From contig NZ_PTPX01000011.1 of the NCBI RefSeq assembly GCF_003260095.1, positions 1 through 32,000 of the forward strand: a stretch of 32,000 nucleotides of DNA. Direction: 5' to 3'. The stretch's first letter is position 1. Every line of letters begins with the position of its first letter. Source of the stretch: Glaesserella australis (lineage in GTDB: Bacteria > Pseudomonadota > Gammaproteobacteria > Enterobacterales > Pasteurellaceae). The notes under the pieces were generated by a model. That model made no database searches. It was not told where the DNA came from and saw only the letters and a program-made list of their open reading frames with translations. The position numbers and the translations under genes were made by a program. Below, piece by piece: positions 1 to 9,388 of this stretch.

Positions 1-77
1 TGGTCGGCGAGATAGGATTTGAACCTACGACCCACTGGTCCCAAACCAGTTGCGCTACCAAGCTGCGCTACTCGCCG
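1..77 (-). tRNA. proM: tRNA-Pro (anticodon UGG)
   Basis: Reverse complement reads CGGCGAGTAGCGCAGCTTGGTAGCGCAACTGGTTTGGGACCAGTGGGTCGTAGGTTCAAATCCTATCTCGCCGACCA. It has a 7-bp acceptor stem, anticodon loop TTTGGGA, a GGTTCAAATCC T-arm and an encoded CCA. Near-identical to E. coli tRNA-Pro(UGG) as I recall it. Confidence 0.95.
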
Positions 78-104
78 TCTGATATGCTATCGCATATATT
101 TAAA

Positions 105-181
105 TGGGGTGGCTAATGGGATTCGAACCCACGACAACTGGAATCACAATCCAGGGCTCTACCAACTGAGCTATAGCCACC
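105..181 (-). tRNA. hisR: tRNA-His (anticodon GUG)
   Basis: Reverse complement reads GGTGGCTATAGCTCAGTTGGTAGAGCCCTGGATTGTGATTCCAGTTGTCGTGGGTTCGAATCCCATTAGCCACCCCA. It has the His-specific extra G at -1, anticodon loop TTGTGAT and an encoded CCA. Confidence 0.95.
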
Positions 182-208
182 ATTGTGTTGATGATATTGC
201 ATTACCCC

Positions 209-285
<77 letters not shown>

Positions 286-318
286 GTTATTTTCAGTAGT
301 GCGTCGCAACGGGGGCGT

Positions 319-375
319 ATATTAGTGATTTCACTCTCTCTTGTCTAGCACTTTTTTAAAAAAATTTTCTTATAT
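319..375 (-). promoter_or_regulatory. Putative sigma-70 stable-RNA promoter for the tRNA operon
   Basis: Minus strand reads TAGACA (342-347), a 17-nt spacer, then TAATAT (319-324). A GC-rich discriminator (ACGCCCCCG) follows, and an A/T-only UP-like tract (about 350-375) precedes it. It lies about 35 nt upstream of the tRNA-Arg 5' end. This is the classic stringently controlled promoter layout. Confidence 0.6.
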
Positions 376-422
376 GCTCTTAATTTATTCAAAACGTTTA
401 CTAATTATCAAAAATGGTGGTT

Positions 423-1145
423 TTATAGCTGTTTTGTTAAATGATAATAGGCATATTTCACTAATCTTAGCTGTCTTTGCCAACGTGTTGGTTCATGTAA
501 AATCCGATATAGCCACTCCAACCCCAGTTTTTGCCATGACTTTGGCGCACGTTTTACCTTACCCGCAAATACATCATAAGTTCCACCTACACCCATATAT
601 AATGCATCAGGATAAATTTGTTGTGCTTTTTGCATAAATTTTTCCTGTTTGGGCGATCCCATTGCAACCGAAACAAATTTTGCCCCACTCGCTTTAATTT
701 TTTCTATCAAAGCTATTTCTTCATCTGGTTTGAAATAACCATTTTGCACTCCGACAATATTCACATTCCATTTGGCTAACTTGCTTATTGTTGTTTTAAG
801 CGTTTCTGCAGAACTTCCAACTAAAAAGACAGGCAAATCATTCTCTGCAAATCGCTGCATAAGCCCTTCCCATAAATCAGCCCCTGCAATTCGCTCAAGT
901 GTTGCATATTTTTTATATTTACGGCGAATAGTACAAACAACACTAATACCATCTGCATATTTATACTCTGCATTTGCAAGTAAGGTTTTCATTTCGTCAT
1001 CTTCTTGCTGAAGAATCACTTTTTCTGCATTAATGGCAATCAGTTTTCCTGTTCTTATTTCACCTTTATGTAAAAGATAAGATTCAAATGCCTGTTGATT
1101 CTCCATTGCCAACAGCTCTACTCCGCCAACAACCACTTTATCCAT
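423..1145 (-). CDS. wecG: UDP-N-acetyl-D-mannosaminuronic acid transferase (ECA lipid II synthesis), WecG/TagA/CpsF family
   Basis: 240-aa ORF. Motifs INAEK, YADGISVV, GADLWE, VAMGSPKQE, GVGGTYDVF, GLEWLYR and RQLRL are colinear with E. coli WecG (RffM). The start overlaps the wzyE stop by 8 nt. Confidence 0.93.
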   Translation of the reverse strand: MDKVVVGGVELLAMENQQAFESYLLHKGEIRTGKLIAINAEKVILQQEDDEMKTLLANAEYKYADGISVVCTIRRKYKKYATLERIAGADLWEGLMQRFAENDLPVFLVGSSAETLKTTISKLAKWNVNIVGVQNGYFKPDEEIALIEKIKASGAKFVSVAMGSPKQEKFMQKAQQIYPDALYMGVGGTYDVFAGKVKRAPKSWQKLGLEWLYRILHEPTRWQRQLRLVKYAYYHLTKQL

Positions 1146-2418
1146 TTTTCACTCTCATCTTACTGATTACCCACGCCATCGTATAAGCACATAAAAAGAT
1201 CATACTAAAAAAGCAAAAACGGGAAACAAAAGCGTCCATGCCTTCCCTTACCAATACGATTAAATTAAATACATTGGCAAGACAAAAGCTCTGAACCAAG
1301 ATAGTATTTTGACTAGATACGAAAAAATAATCCGCCATACGTATTAACCCACCCACAATCGCCATACCAAGCATAATCATTGGGAAGCCCCCCATAATAT
1401 AAAAGGAGCCTAATAGCGTTGGCGAAATAGCCAAGCCTGACTGATTTCCTAAAAGCACCTTGGTAAAATAGTTGGCGCTATTCCATACAATATCAGGTCT
1501 CTCTTGCCAAAGCGATGTGGGGATATAAACATAAAAATCTCGGACGATCGGCATCAGCCCTAAAAAATCAATCTCGGTACTGAGAATTTTACTGAGATTT
1601 TGCCAAGGGGAAAACGTGTCTCGCGTTAAATAAAGCAAGGTATGCAAAATTTCCATTCCCTGTAAATTCAGGTTATAGCGAATAAACGCCAATACAGACA
1701 TCACTCCCACAGCGCCAATCCCTGTTATCAATATCCATTTCAATGAAATATAGCGAAAGTAAAAGCCCAAAATGATGAATAAAAAGAAAACGGTAGCCAT
1801 ATTTGCTCGTGTTCCACCTACCGCCAGATAACTTAGTCCGCCAAATCCCATTCCAACGATCAAAAATAGCCACCATCGTTTTTTCGTTGGCGACAGTAAA
1901 AACCAAATCAGCAATGCGGGAATAAAGAAGTAGAAGAAGCGTTTTAAGGGAATCCCTTTTATCTCGCTTGAAAAAATTTGGCTATATTTTTCTAGTGTGA
2001 AAAACAGTAACCCGTCATTTAAATAGATAAATACCGCCAACGTAATAAATGCGAGCAAACATAAAATACAAGCGGTCAGATTTGCTTGAAATTTTGCAAG
2101 TTCAGTTTGTTTTAGTGTATGTCCATTGCTTACTGAAGTCTTAAACGCACAAAGTCGATAACAAAGCAGATACCAAAGATAACTAATAAAAGCGGTTGCA
2201 AATGTTATCAACATTTCGGTTGTACTCGGCAATGGATGTGCAAAATATAGCGATAGGATCAGAGAAAAAGGGAAACCTAAAAAAAATGTGATGAAATAGA
2301 TCCCGCTGAAAAGGAGATGAAAAGAAAAAAATTGTTGCTGATAAATGCGGTATAAGAAGTATCCCATGATGATAGTCATCATAAGATAACATAGAACAAC
2401 ACCGCTCAGTTCAGCCAT
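1138..2418 (-). CDS. wzyE: ECA polymerase WzyE (polytopic membrane protein)
   Basis: 426-aa, highly hydrophobic multi-TM ORF. It occupies the conserved slot between wecF and wecG and is translationally coupled to wecG. The size is close to E. coli WzyE (450 aa). Confidence 0.8.
   Translation of the reverse strand: MAELSGVVLCYLMMTIIMGYFLYRIYQQQFFSFHLLFSGIYFITFFLGFPFSLILSLYFAHPLPSTTEMLITFATAFISYLWYLLCYRLCAFKTSVSNGHTLKQTELAKFQANLTACILCLLAFITLAVFIYLNDGLLFFTLEKYSQIFSSEIKGIPLKRFFYFFIPALLIWFLLSPTKKRWWLFLIVGMGFGGLSYLAVGGTRANMATVFFLFIILGFYFRYISLKWILITGIGAVGVMSVLAFIRYNLNLQGMEILHTLLYLTRDTFSPWQNLSKILSTEIDFLGLMPIVRDFYVYIPTSLWQERPDIVWNSANYFTKVLLGNQSGLAISPTLLGSFYIMGGFPMIMLGMAIVGGLIRMADYFFVSSQNTILVQSFCLANVFNLIVLVREGMDAFVSRFCFFSMIFLCAYTMAWVISKMRVKNG
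2068..2077 (+). repeat. Uptake signal sequence (Apl-type) ACAAGCGGTC
   Basis: Exact 10-mer inside wzyE, followed by AGATTT and then TTTTGCAAG. Confidence 0.85.
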
Positions 2419-2461
2419 ATTTCCCCCAATAAAAAACGGTGCAAATTTTTACTCAAATCGC

Positions 2462-2470
2462 ACCGCTTGT
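2462..2470 (-). repeat. Uptake signal sequence core ACAAGCGGT
   Basis: ACCGCTTGT on the plus strand, in the wzyE/lipoprotein intergenic gap. Confidence 0.8.
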
Positions 2471-2494
2471 AAATCAACTTAAACAGAGAGTTCG

Positions 2495-2965
2495 TTATTG
2501 TGTGCCAAACTTCGCATCTAATTTTTCCATTAGTGCTTCACCATCTTTAACAAGTTGTTCTAATTTAGGTTGTAGTGCTTCTGCTTTTTGTATATTAGCT
2601 GGAGTTGGGATTAAATAGGCTGGTAGCACTTGTTTATAAGTATTTAACATCTCTACAGACATATCGCGTAGTTTTCGTACTTCTTCATGACGTAAATCTA
2701 GTGCTTTACCACTACTTACCGCATCATCAAATGACTTTTCAATAACACTATTAAATAAATGAATTTCTTCTGATTGGTTTTTAGGTTCTGCTTTGCTGAA
2801 TTCAACTTCAAGTTTATTATCCATTGTCGATTCAACATTTTCTAACCACTGTAAGTATTTTTGGTAATCCGATTTTCCAACAGCTGGATCCGTTGTGGTG
2901 GTTGTACAAGCAACTAAACTTACTGCCAATATCGTCGTAAAAATGAAGCTTAGGAAACGTTTCAT
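2495..2965 (-). CDS. Hypothetical lipoprotein (156 aa)
   Basis: The signal peptide ends in the lipobox LVAC (MKRFLSFIFTTILAVSLVAC). The mature part is Lys/Glu-rich and probably helical. AAGGA RBS lies 7 nt upstream of the ATG. I recognise no family. It looks more AT-rich than its neighbours. Confidence 0.75.
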   Translation of the reverse strand: MKRFLSFIFTTILAVSLVACTTTTTDPAVGKSDYQKYLQWLENVESTMDNKLEVEFSKAEPKNQSEEIHLFNSVIEKSFDDAVSSGKALDLRHEEVRKLRDMSVEMLNTYKQVLPAYLIPTPANIQKAEALQPKLEQLVKDGEALMEKLDAKFGTQ

Positions 2966-3020
2966 AAAATATCCTTAAGAAGTAAAAGAGATTAAAGTCT
3001 AACACCTAACCTAATAAGAA

Positions 3021-4079
3021 TCATCCTTTTAATTGAGATAAACACTGAACCCATTGCGACATATAGTTGGGTGGAAAAAAATCAACTTGGGATAGATCTA
3101 CTTGAGATAAGTTTTGTTGAACTTGCTGTACTCTCGTTTGAGAAATCTGATCCGCATAAAGAAAATCAATACCCGCCATTTCCATATCTAAACAAAATGG
3201 GTTTTGGCGATGTAAGATTACTGGAATCTGTAGCTGAGTGAGTAGGCAAATCGTGCCGATACCTTGCTGACGTTCAAACAAGAAGCACGCTAAATCACAA
3301 CGGGAAAGCAGATCAACATAAGCTTCAAAAGGTTGTTTGTTTGCCAAAATCTCTACTTGCCCTTGTGAAAATAAGGTCTTTGCGTGTTGCTGAACTTGAT
3401 GGATATAGGTTTGATTTTGCGCTGGATAGCCCATTGGCACATACACTTTCACATTTTCCCCAAAATGTTGCTTGATTAACGACAATCCCGCTAAATGACG
3501 ATTACTCGGATCGCCCGAGTTCCCTAACAAAATCGTCAATCTGTCAGACGTTTGCTTTTTAGGAAAATGAGATGGCAATTTGGTTGGGAAATAGAGCCGC
3601 TGATCTTGCGAATGATCACGCTTTAATTTTTGATGTGCATAGACTAAATCCCCTTGGGTTGCCCAAATCTGCGCAATCTTATGCTGAACCAAGCGACGTA
3701 ATGGGTAAAAAAGCCTAAATTTGAGCGAGTTTGACTCTTCATACAGATCCGCGCCCCAAATATGCCACGTACAGCGTTGGGGCGGTACTCGACCACATAA
3801 CATCGCAAGCCACAATGAGACGTTAAATTGCCCATGTAACACAAACCAAGCGGTCGGTTCTGCGTTAAATTTTGCAATCACTGCTTGAGTCAATGCCCGC
3901 TGAGATGAAAAAAGATGTAGCTTTAGCAATGGAAATTCTGTGGCGAGACTTGGCTCACCCACCACATAAAAGCAAGGTGTCTCCGCCAAGGTGGTGAGTA
4001 ATTCCTTTTGGAAAAAGGCTAACACCGTACGATTATGGTGGGGAATATTTGAGCTAAGAAGATGGTAAATATGGTTCAC
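3021..4079 (-). CDS. wecF: TDP-N-acetylfucosamine:lipid II N-acetylfucosaminyltransferase (4-alpha-L-fucosyltransferase)
   Basis: 352 aa. Motifs IPHHNRTV, HIWGADLYE, LFYPLRR, GNSGDPSN, VPMGYP and RQQGIGT are colinear with E. coli WecF (RffT). Confidence 0.93.
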   Translation of the reverse strand: MNHIYHLLSSNIPHHNRTVLAFFQKELLTTLAETPCFYVVGEPSLATEFPLLKLHLFSSQRALTQAVIAKFNAEPTAWFVLHGQFNVSLWLAMLCGRVPPQRCTWHIWGADLYEESNSLKFRLFYPLRRLVQHKIAQIWATQGDLVYAHQKLKRDHSQDQRLYFPTKLPSHFPKKQTSDRLTILLGNSGDPSNRHLAGLSLIKQHFGENVKVYVPMGYPAQNQTYIHQVQQHAKTLFSQGQVEILANKQPFEAYVDLLSRCDLACFLFERQQGIGTICLLTQLQIPVILHRQNPFCLDMEMAGIDFLYADQISQTRVQQVQQNLSQVDLSQVDFFPPNYMSQWVQCLSQLKG

Positions 4080-4101
4080 AGTTGCCCTTTAAATAGATAT
4101 C

Positions 4102-4111
4102 ACAAGCGGTC
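4102..4111 (+). repeat. Uptake signal sequence ACAAGCGGTC
   Basis: Exact 10-mer in the 35-bp wecE/wecF gap, followed by TTTTTTGCAAAA. Confidence 0.85.
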
Positions 4112-4114
4112 ACT

Positions 4115-5266
4115 TTATTGCATTTTTTGCAAAATGGCTTGTGTCAGATGAATAATTTTCTCTCTATCCTGATCTTCAAGATTAAAAAACAGTGGCAATC
4201 TCACCAGTCGTTCACTCTCTTTGGTTGTCCATTTATCTTCGCCATGAAATCGCCCAAAGCGTTCTCCCGCTTGGCTTGAATGTAGGGGAACATAATGAAA
4301 TACCGTTAAAATACCCGCTTGTTTCATTTGGGAGATAAATGCGGAACGAGTTTTGAGATCTGCAAATTTAAGGTAAAAAAGATGCGCATTGTGCGAACAA
4401 TCATAGGGAATCGTCGGCAACTCAATCAAACCTTGTTCTGCGAAAGGTAAAAAGGCGTTGTAGTAAGTTTGCCAAATGTTCTGGCGTTTTTGCTGAATCT
4501 TTTCAATATGCTCTAACTGCGCATAAAGATACGCCGCTTGTAGCTCAGACATCAGATAACTAGAGCCTAAATCTCGCCAACTGTATTTATCCACTTCACC
4601 ACGGAAAAATTGTTGACGATTCGTGCCTTTTTCTCGAATGATTTCAGCTCGAACAGTCAATTCAGGTTGATTAATCACAATCGCCCCGCCTTCACCCCCT
4701 GCGCTGATATTTTTAGTTTCATGAAAACTGTAACAGCCAATATGTCCTAAAGTCCCTAATGCCTTGCCTTTATAGAACGCATTCACGCCCTGTGCAGCAT
4801 CTTCCACCACCCATAAGCGATACTTCTCTGCCAATGCCATGATGGTATCCATTTCACACGCCACACCAGCATAATGCACAGGCACAATCACCTTGGTTCT
4901 AGGTGTAATGGCTTGCTCGATCAAACGCTCATCCATATTCATTGTATCAGGGCGAATATCGACAAACACAATTTTAGCACCACGTAGTGCAAAAGCATTT
5001 GCCGTTGAAACAAAGGTGTAACTTGACATAATCACTTCATCACCCGCCTGAATATCTAGCAAAATGGCAGACATTTCTAACGCAGCAGTGCAAGATGGAG
5101 TAAGCAATACTCGATGGGCATTGAAACGCTGCTCAAACCAGCGCTCACAACGACGTGTAAACTCGCCATCGCCCGAAAGCTTGCCACTGGAGATTGCTTG
5201 TTGCAGATAAGCCAACTCTGTACCCACAACAGGAGGTTGGTTAAAAGGAATCGTTATCTCGCTCAT
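4115..5266 (-). CDS. wecE: dTDP-4-amino-4,6-dideoxygalactose transaminase (DegT/DnrJ/EryC1 family)
   Basis: The ORF track gives 4115..5302. I place the start at MSEITIPFNQP (ATG at 5266), which forms an ATGA overlap with the wecD stop. The PLP-lysine region SFHETKNISAGEGG is present. Colinear with E. coli WecE (RffA). Confidence 0.93.
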   Translation of the reverse strand: MSEITIPFNQPPVVGTELAYLQQAISSGKLSGDGEFTRRCERWFEQRFNAHRVLLTPSCTAALEMSAILLDIQAGDEVIMSSYTFVSTANAFALRGAKIVFVDIRPDTMNMDERLIEQAITPRTKVIVPVHYAGVACEMDTIMALAEKYRLWVVEDAAQGVNAFYKGKALGTLGHIGCYSFHETKNISAGGEGGAIVINQPELTVRAEIIREKGTNRQQFFRGEVDKYSWRDLGSSYLMSELQAAYLYAQLEHIEKIQQKRQNIWQTYYNAFLPFAEQGLIELPTIPYDCSHNAHLFYLKFADLKTRSAFISQMKQAGILTVFHYVPLHSSQAGERFGRFHGEDKWTTKESERLVRLPLFFNLEDQDREKIIHLTQAILQKMQ

Positions 5267-5946
5267 GTCGTTTGCCAATAAAACCAATAATAGATGCCAC
5301 AAATCGTTGCGCCGATCGATTGATATAGCCGAATCGCTTTCAGATTACTTGATTGTGTAGCAATTTCAAGTGTTTCAGCTTGCTGTGATTTCGCCCATCG
5401 CATTGCCGCAGAGAGTAAGCGCTTGCCAATACCTTGACCTTGCCACTGCTCTGCTACCGCAATTAACCCAACTTGAGCTATTTTCCCTGATAGACGTACA
5501 CTAATCGCCCCTTGAATGTCTCCGTTTTCTGTTTCACACACCAAACAAATATCATCAAATTCGCCTTTTATGGCATTCTCAAACCATTGACGGTAAAAAC
5601 GTTGATTTTCTTTTGCTGAAAACCATGGAGAACGAAAGCGAGTATGGGCAAATTGATGAGAAAAGCCTTCCATTTTAGCTAAATCATCAAGCCGAGCAGG
5701 ACGACAAGCGGTCATATCTGATGAAAAATTTGCAAGATCGCACACAAAACGGATTTCACCTTCCACAAACTGAAAGCCTTGCTGTTGCAATAAGCAGATC
5801 TTCTCTACTTCTGTACTCGCTAATTTGGCTTGAACCAGATCGAAATCGGTTAAGACGAGATTGTCTAATTGATCACAACTTGGTGTAAGTTCTGCAATCT
5901 TGCGACAAAAAAAATGGGACAGCCAAATATTCATATCCATTTTCAT
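5263..5946 (-). CDS. wecD: dTDP-fucosamine acetyltransferase (GNAT)
   Basis: RFRSPWF, FYRQWFENA and the GNAT motif QGQGIGKRLL are colinear with E. coli WecD (RffC, 224 aa). The start is ambiguous, with ATGs at 5979, 5946, 5940 and 5934. The ATG at 5946 gives 227 aa. Confidence 0.88.
   Translation of the reverse strand: MKMDMNIWLSHFFCRKIAELTPSCDQLDNLVLTDFDLVQAKLASTEVEKICLLQQQGFQFVEGEIRFVCDLANFSSDMTACRPARLDDLAKMEGFSHQFAHTRFRSPWFSAKENQRFYRQWFENAIKGEFDDICLVCETENGDIQGAISVRLSGKIAQVGLIAVAEQWQGQGIGKRLLSAAMRWAKSQQAETLEIATQSSNLKAIRLYQSIGATICGIYYWFYWQTT
5704..5713 (+). repeat. Uptake signal sequence ACAAGCGGTC
   Basis: Exact 10-mer inside wecD, with TTTGCAAG 15 nt downstream. Confidence 0.85.
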
Positions 5947-6028
5947 AAAATAAGTCTTTAAGAAAAAAACTCCCATCATGTATCGTTTTTACACAAAAGG
6001 AGTTTTTAAAGCGATTCGGTTCCGAAAA

Positions 6029-6859
6029 TTAATTTCTTTTTCTATGGATAAAAAGTGCAATAAGTAAGCCTAAGAAAAAGCCAATCCCTGCACCAATTGC
6101 GCTCCATAGTAACTGATTCTCTGGTTTTTCAGGTACTGTAGGTACACTCGGTGCTTTAATATAGCGAAACGGCAATAATCTATCATCTAATGGTTTAACA
6201 GAACGCATCAAGTTTAATTTTCCTGCCCAATCTTGTTGAGCAACTTGAGCACCTTGTTGAATCGCACCTAAATTACTTTCTGCCATCTGTTTAGTCTGTT
6301 GGAATAGAATTTTCCACTTGGCAATCAGTTCACTATTTAATGTTGAGCGAGCTTTCATAGTACTAAAAATAACAAAGTCAGCTAATAATGTAGATGCTTC
6401 TTCAGGATTAAGTAAAGTAAGGCTTAACGTATTTGCTGTATCATCAAATTTAAATTGGCGAGCAATCTCTTGTGCAACAAGCGAAGTAGGTTGATTTTTA
6501 TCCGATGCTTGTTTTTTTACCTTCTCGCTTTGTATTAAAAACTGTTGTAGAACATCTGGCGATTTGAGATCGCGTATAAACTCTTGATACACCGAATTTG
6601 TCAAAGCAGCATCTGCTGTTGCCGTTGCTGATGTTTCACCTTTTAATAAGTTATAAGTGCTTAATAAGGAATAATAATTCCCCAAATCAACAACTTTAGG
6701 CGCTTCAAACTGAGCTTCAGCTTTCCATTTTACAGGCTGAATAACTGTTGGACTAAACCAACCCGCACCAGCTCCTAGAACAGTCAATAGCAATAAAATC
6801 AAAAGTGAAGAAAACCATTTTCCTGCACTTGAACCTGTTTTTTGTATTTGTTCTGTCAT
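6029..6859 (-). CDS. wzzE: ECA polysaccharide chain-length modulation protein (PCP-1 family)
   Basis: 276 aa with an N-terminal TM (WFSSLLILLLLTVLGAGAGW), a long periplasmic region and a C-terminal TM (LLWSAIGAGIGFFLGLLIALFI). It occupies the conserved slot right after wecA. Shorter than E. coli WzzE (about 348 aa). Confidence 0.8.
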   Translation of the reverse strand: MTEQIQKTGSSAGKWFSSLLILLLLTVLGAGAGWFSPTVIQPVKWKAEAQFEAPKVVDLGNYYSLLSTYNLLKGETSATATADAALTNSVYQEFIRDLKSPDVLQQFLIQSEKVKKQASDKNQPTSLVAQEIARQFKFDDTANTLSLTLLNPEEASTLLADFVIFSTMKARSTLNSELIAKWKILFQQTKQMAESNLGAIQQGAQVAQQDWAGKLNLMRSVKPLDDRLLPFRYIKAPSVPTVPEKPENQLLWSAIGAGIGFFLGLLIALFIHRKRN

Positions 6860-6864
6860 TAAAA

Positions 6865-7938
6865 TTACCTCTGCATTGTAATCTGTTTTTTTCTTGCTCT
6901 GCGCTTATGACGACGGACAAAACGAGTAATACGCCAAGCATGAACAATAGAATAAGAATATAAGAAAAATAGGGCGACAAATGCCACAAACATCACCCAT
7001 TGGTTCCAGTAATACGCTTCGCCAATGACACCAAAAGTGGCACACAAGCCTGCGCCAAAAGTAATAACAGCAAGGGCTTGACGAGAAGTTAAACCTGCTC
7101 TCATCATCAAATGGTGAATATGCAAGCGGTCAGGTCTGAACGGACTTTTACCTTTTTTCAAGCGTCGGAAAAAGACCGCCACCATATCAATTAACGGCAC
7201 AGCAATAAGCCATAAACCTGTAATTGGGCTGATAGGGTGTCCCTGCCCTTGTGTGCTTAACAGTAAGATCCAAATAATCGTAAAACCAATCAACGTACTA
7301 CCTGAATCGCCCATAAAGACTTTCCATTTCGTCCCAAAAAGACTGAGATTAAACATCGCATAAGGGAGAAGAACAAGGATAATACCGAAGCACCAATACG
7401 CTAACGTGTATTGTTCATCAAGGAGCATCAAGGTGCCTAAACCCGCAAAACTGACCGAAGAAAGCCCTGCTAATAGACCATCAATACCATCAATCATATT
7501 AAAAGCATTGATCACACCAATGGTAATAAAGACCGTTAATACAACCCCTAAAGCCCCAATCTCAAGGCTAAATGGCGCAATTAACTGACCTAGGTTTTCA
7601 ATAGATAAACCGCTATAAATCATTGCCCCCGCTAAACAGGCTTGAATACCTGCTCGCAAAAACGGACTAATATCAAATCGGTCATCTAACACCCCTATCA
7701 CCAAAAGGATTGTCAATGCCGTTAAATAGAGTTCGGGCAAACGCATTTGTTCCCATTCTAAGAGATAAAACGCAAGATTCCCTAAATAAAGCGCAATCCC
7801 CCCAATTAAAGGAATAACGCCTTGGTGACGTTTACGGAAATTTGGTTTATCGACTAAACCTATTTTTTCAGCAACAGGACGCATCACGATAAGTGATACA
7901 AAAGAAACCAAAAATACAGCAATAAATGTAAGCCACAT
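6865..7938 (-). CDS. wecA: Undecaprenyl-phosphate alpha-N-acetylglucosaminyl 1-phosphate transferase
   Basis: 357-aa polytopic protein with the MraY/WecA family motifs VLDDRFD, NAFNMIDGIDGL and VFMGDSGS. Confidence 0.95.
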   Translation of the reverse strand: MWLTFIAVFLVSFVSLIVMRPVAEKIGLVDKPNFRKRHQGVIPLIGGIALYLGNLAFYLLEWEQMRLPELYLTALTILLVIGVLDDRFDISPFLRAGIQACLAGAMIYSGLSIENLGQLIAPFSLEIGALGVVLTVFITIGVINAFNMIDGIDGLLAGLSSVSFAGLGTLMLLDEQYTLAYWCFGIILVLLPYAMFNLSLFGTKWKVFMGDSGSTLIGFTIIWILLLSTQGQGHPISPITGLWLIAVPLIDMVAVFFRRLKKGKSPFRPDRLHIHHLMMRAGLTSRQALAVITFGAGLCATFGVIGEAYYWNQWVMFVAFVALFFLYSYSIVHAWRITRFVRRHKRRARKKQITMQR

Positions 7939-8085
7939 ATACTCGGTTTATCCCTTAAAAGATGAATAATGCAAAATGTTGCTTAGGATAGCATAACCGT
8001 TAAAACACTCAATTTTTTTCACGCAGAAACGAGAATTTACAGTAAAATAATGCTTATTTACGTCATTTATACGTTAAGGATTTTT

Positions 8086-9369
8086 ATGACAACATCTCAA
8101 TCTCTATTTGAAAAAGCACAACGAGTGATCCCGGGCGGCGTGAACTCGCCTGTGCGTGCGTTTAAAGGTGTGGGTGGCACGCCTGTATTTATTGAAAGTG
8201 TAAAAGGGGCTTATATCACCGACAGCGAAGGCAAACGTTACATTGATTATGTTGGCTCTTGGGGTCCGATGGTATTGGGACATAATCACCCTACGATCAT
8301 TGATGCGGTATTAAAAGCAGTGCCGAACGGGTTAAGTTTTGGTGCACCAACAGCGATTGAAATTGAGTTGGCGGAACTGGTTTGCAAGTTAGTGCCGTCT
8401 ATCGAAATGGTGCGTATGGTCAGCTCTGGTACAGAAGCGACAATGTCTGCCATTCGCCTTGCTCGTGGCTACACAAAACGTGACAAAATCATTAAATTTG
8501 AGGGCTGTTATCACGGTCACTCCGACTCGCTCTTAGTTAAGGCTGGTTCAGGGGCGTTGACGTTAGGTCAGCCAAGCTCGCCGGGTGTGCCTGAAGATTT
8601 CGCAAAACATACTATTACTTGTGAATACAACAATCTAGCCTCAGTCAAACAAGCCTTTGAGCAGTATCCAAACGAAATCGCCTGTTTAATCATTGAACCT
8701 GTCGCAGGCAATATGAACTGCATTCCACCAAAGGCGAACTTTTTACAAGGCTTGCGTGAACTTTGTACTGAATATGGCACGGTATTTATTATTGACGAAG
8801 TGATGACGGGCTTCCGTGTCGCACTCGGTGGCGCACAAAGTTACTACGGCGTGACACCTGATTTAACTACACTAGGTAAAATCATCGGTGGCGGTATGCC
8901 TGTGGGTGCATTTGGCGGTAAAAAAGAGATTATGGAATTTATCGCCCCAACCGGTCCTGTTTACCAAGCAGGAACCCTTTCAGGCAACCCGATTGCAATG
9001 TCCGCAGGTCTTGCTTGTTTAACCGAGCTGTCTAAAGCAGGTAATGAGCAACTGCTTGCAGAGAAAACCAAAACCCTTGCGGAAGGTTTCAAAGCCCTTG
9101 CAGACAAGCACGGCATTCCATTTACCGTGCAATATGTGGGCGGTATGTTCGGTTTGTTCTTTACTGAACAGGCAAAAGTTGAAAGCTATCAAGATGTGAT
9201 GAAATGTGATGTAAAAGCGTTCAATACCTTCTTCCACAAAATGCTCGAAAAAGGTGTCTATCTTGCTCCGTCTGCTTTTGAAGCAGGCTTTATGTCGTTA
9301 GCTCACACAGATGAAGACATTGCTTATACGCTAGAAATGGCAGATCTTGCCTTTGCAGAAATGAAATAA
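8086..9369 (+). CDS. hemL: Glutamate-1-semialdehyde 2,1-aminomutase
   Basis: [17 protein letters not shown] and the PLP-lysine region [10 protein letters not shown] are present. The start is set at [11 protein letters not shown] (AAGGA RBS upstream) rather than the track start at 8050. Confidence 0.95.
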   Translation: MTTSQSLFEKAQRVIPGGVNSPVRAFKGVGGTPVFIESVKGAYITDSEGKRYIDYVGSWGPMVLGHNHPTIIDAVLKAVPNGLSFGAPTAIEIELAELVCKLVPSIEMVRMVSSGTEATMSAIRLARGYTKRDKIIKFEGCYHGHSDSLLVKAGSGALTLGQPSSPGVPEDFAKHTITCEYNNLASVKQAFEQYPNEIACLIIEPVAGNMNCIPPKANFLQGLRELCTEYGTVFIIDEVMTGFRVALGGAQSYYGVTPDLTTLGKIIGGGMPVGAFGGKKEIMEFIAPTGPVYQAGTLSGNPIAMSAGLACLTELSKAGNEQLLAEKTKTLAEGFKALADKHGIPFTVQYVGGMFGLFFTEQAKVESYQDVMKCDVKAFNTFFHKMLEKGVYLAPSAFEAGFMSLAHTDEDIAYTLEMADLAFAEMK

Positions 9370-9388
9370 GCTTACAAAGGAACATTTA

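Noticed and set aside
5267-5302. N-terminal extensions in the ORF track (wecE to 5302, hemL from 8050, menD from 9451, yhdT to 14647, ygiW to 26512, gph from 29367, azlD to 30503)
   Set aside because: In each case an internal start aligns with the ortholog N-terminus and has a better RBS. The extension would also overlap a terminator, a USS hairpin or the upstream gene. The coordinates in the feature list were trimmed accordingly.
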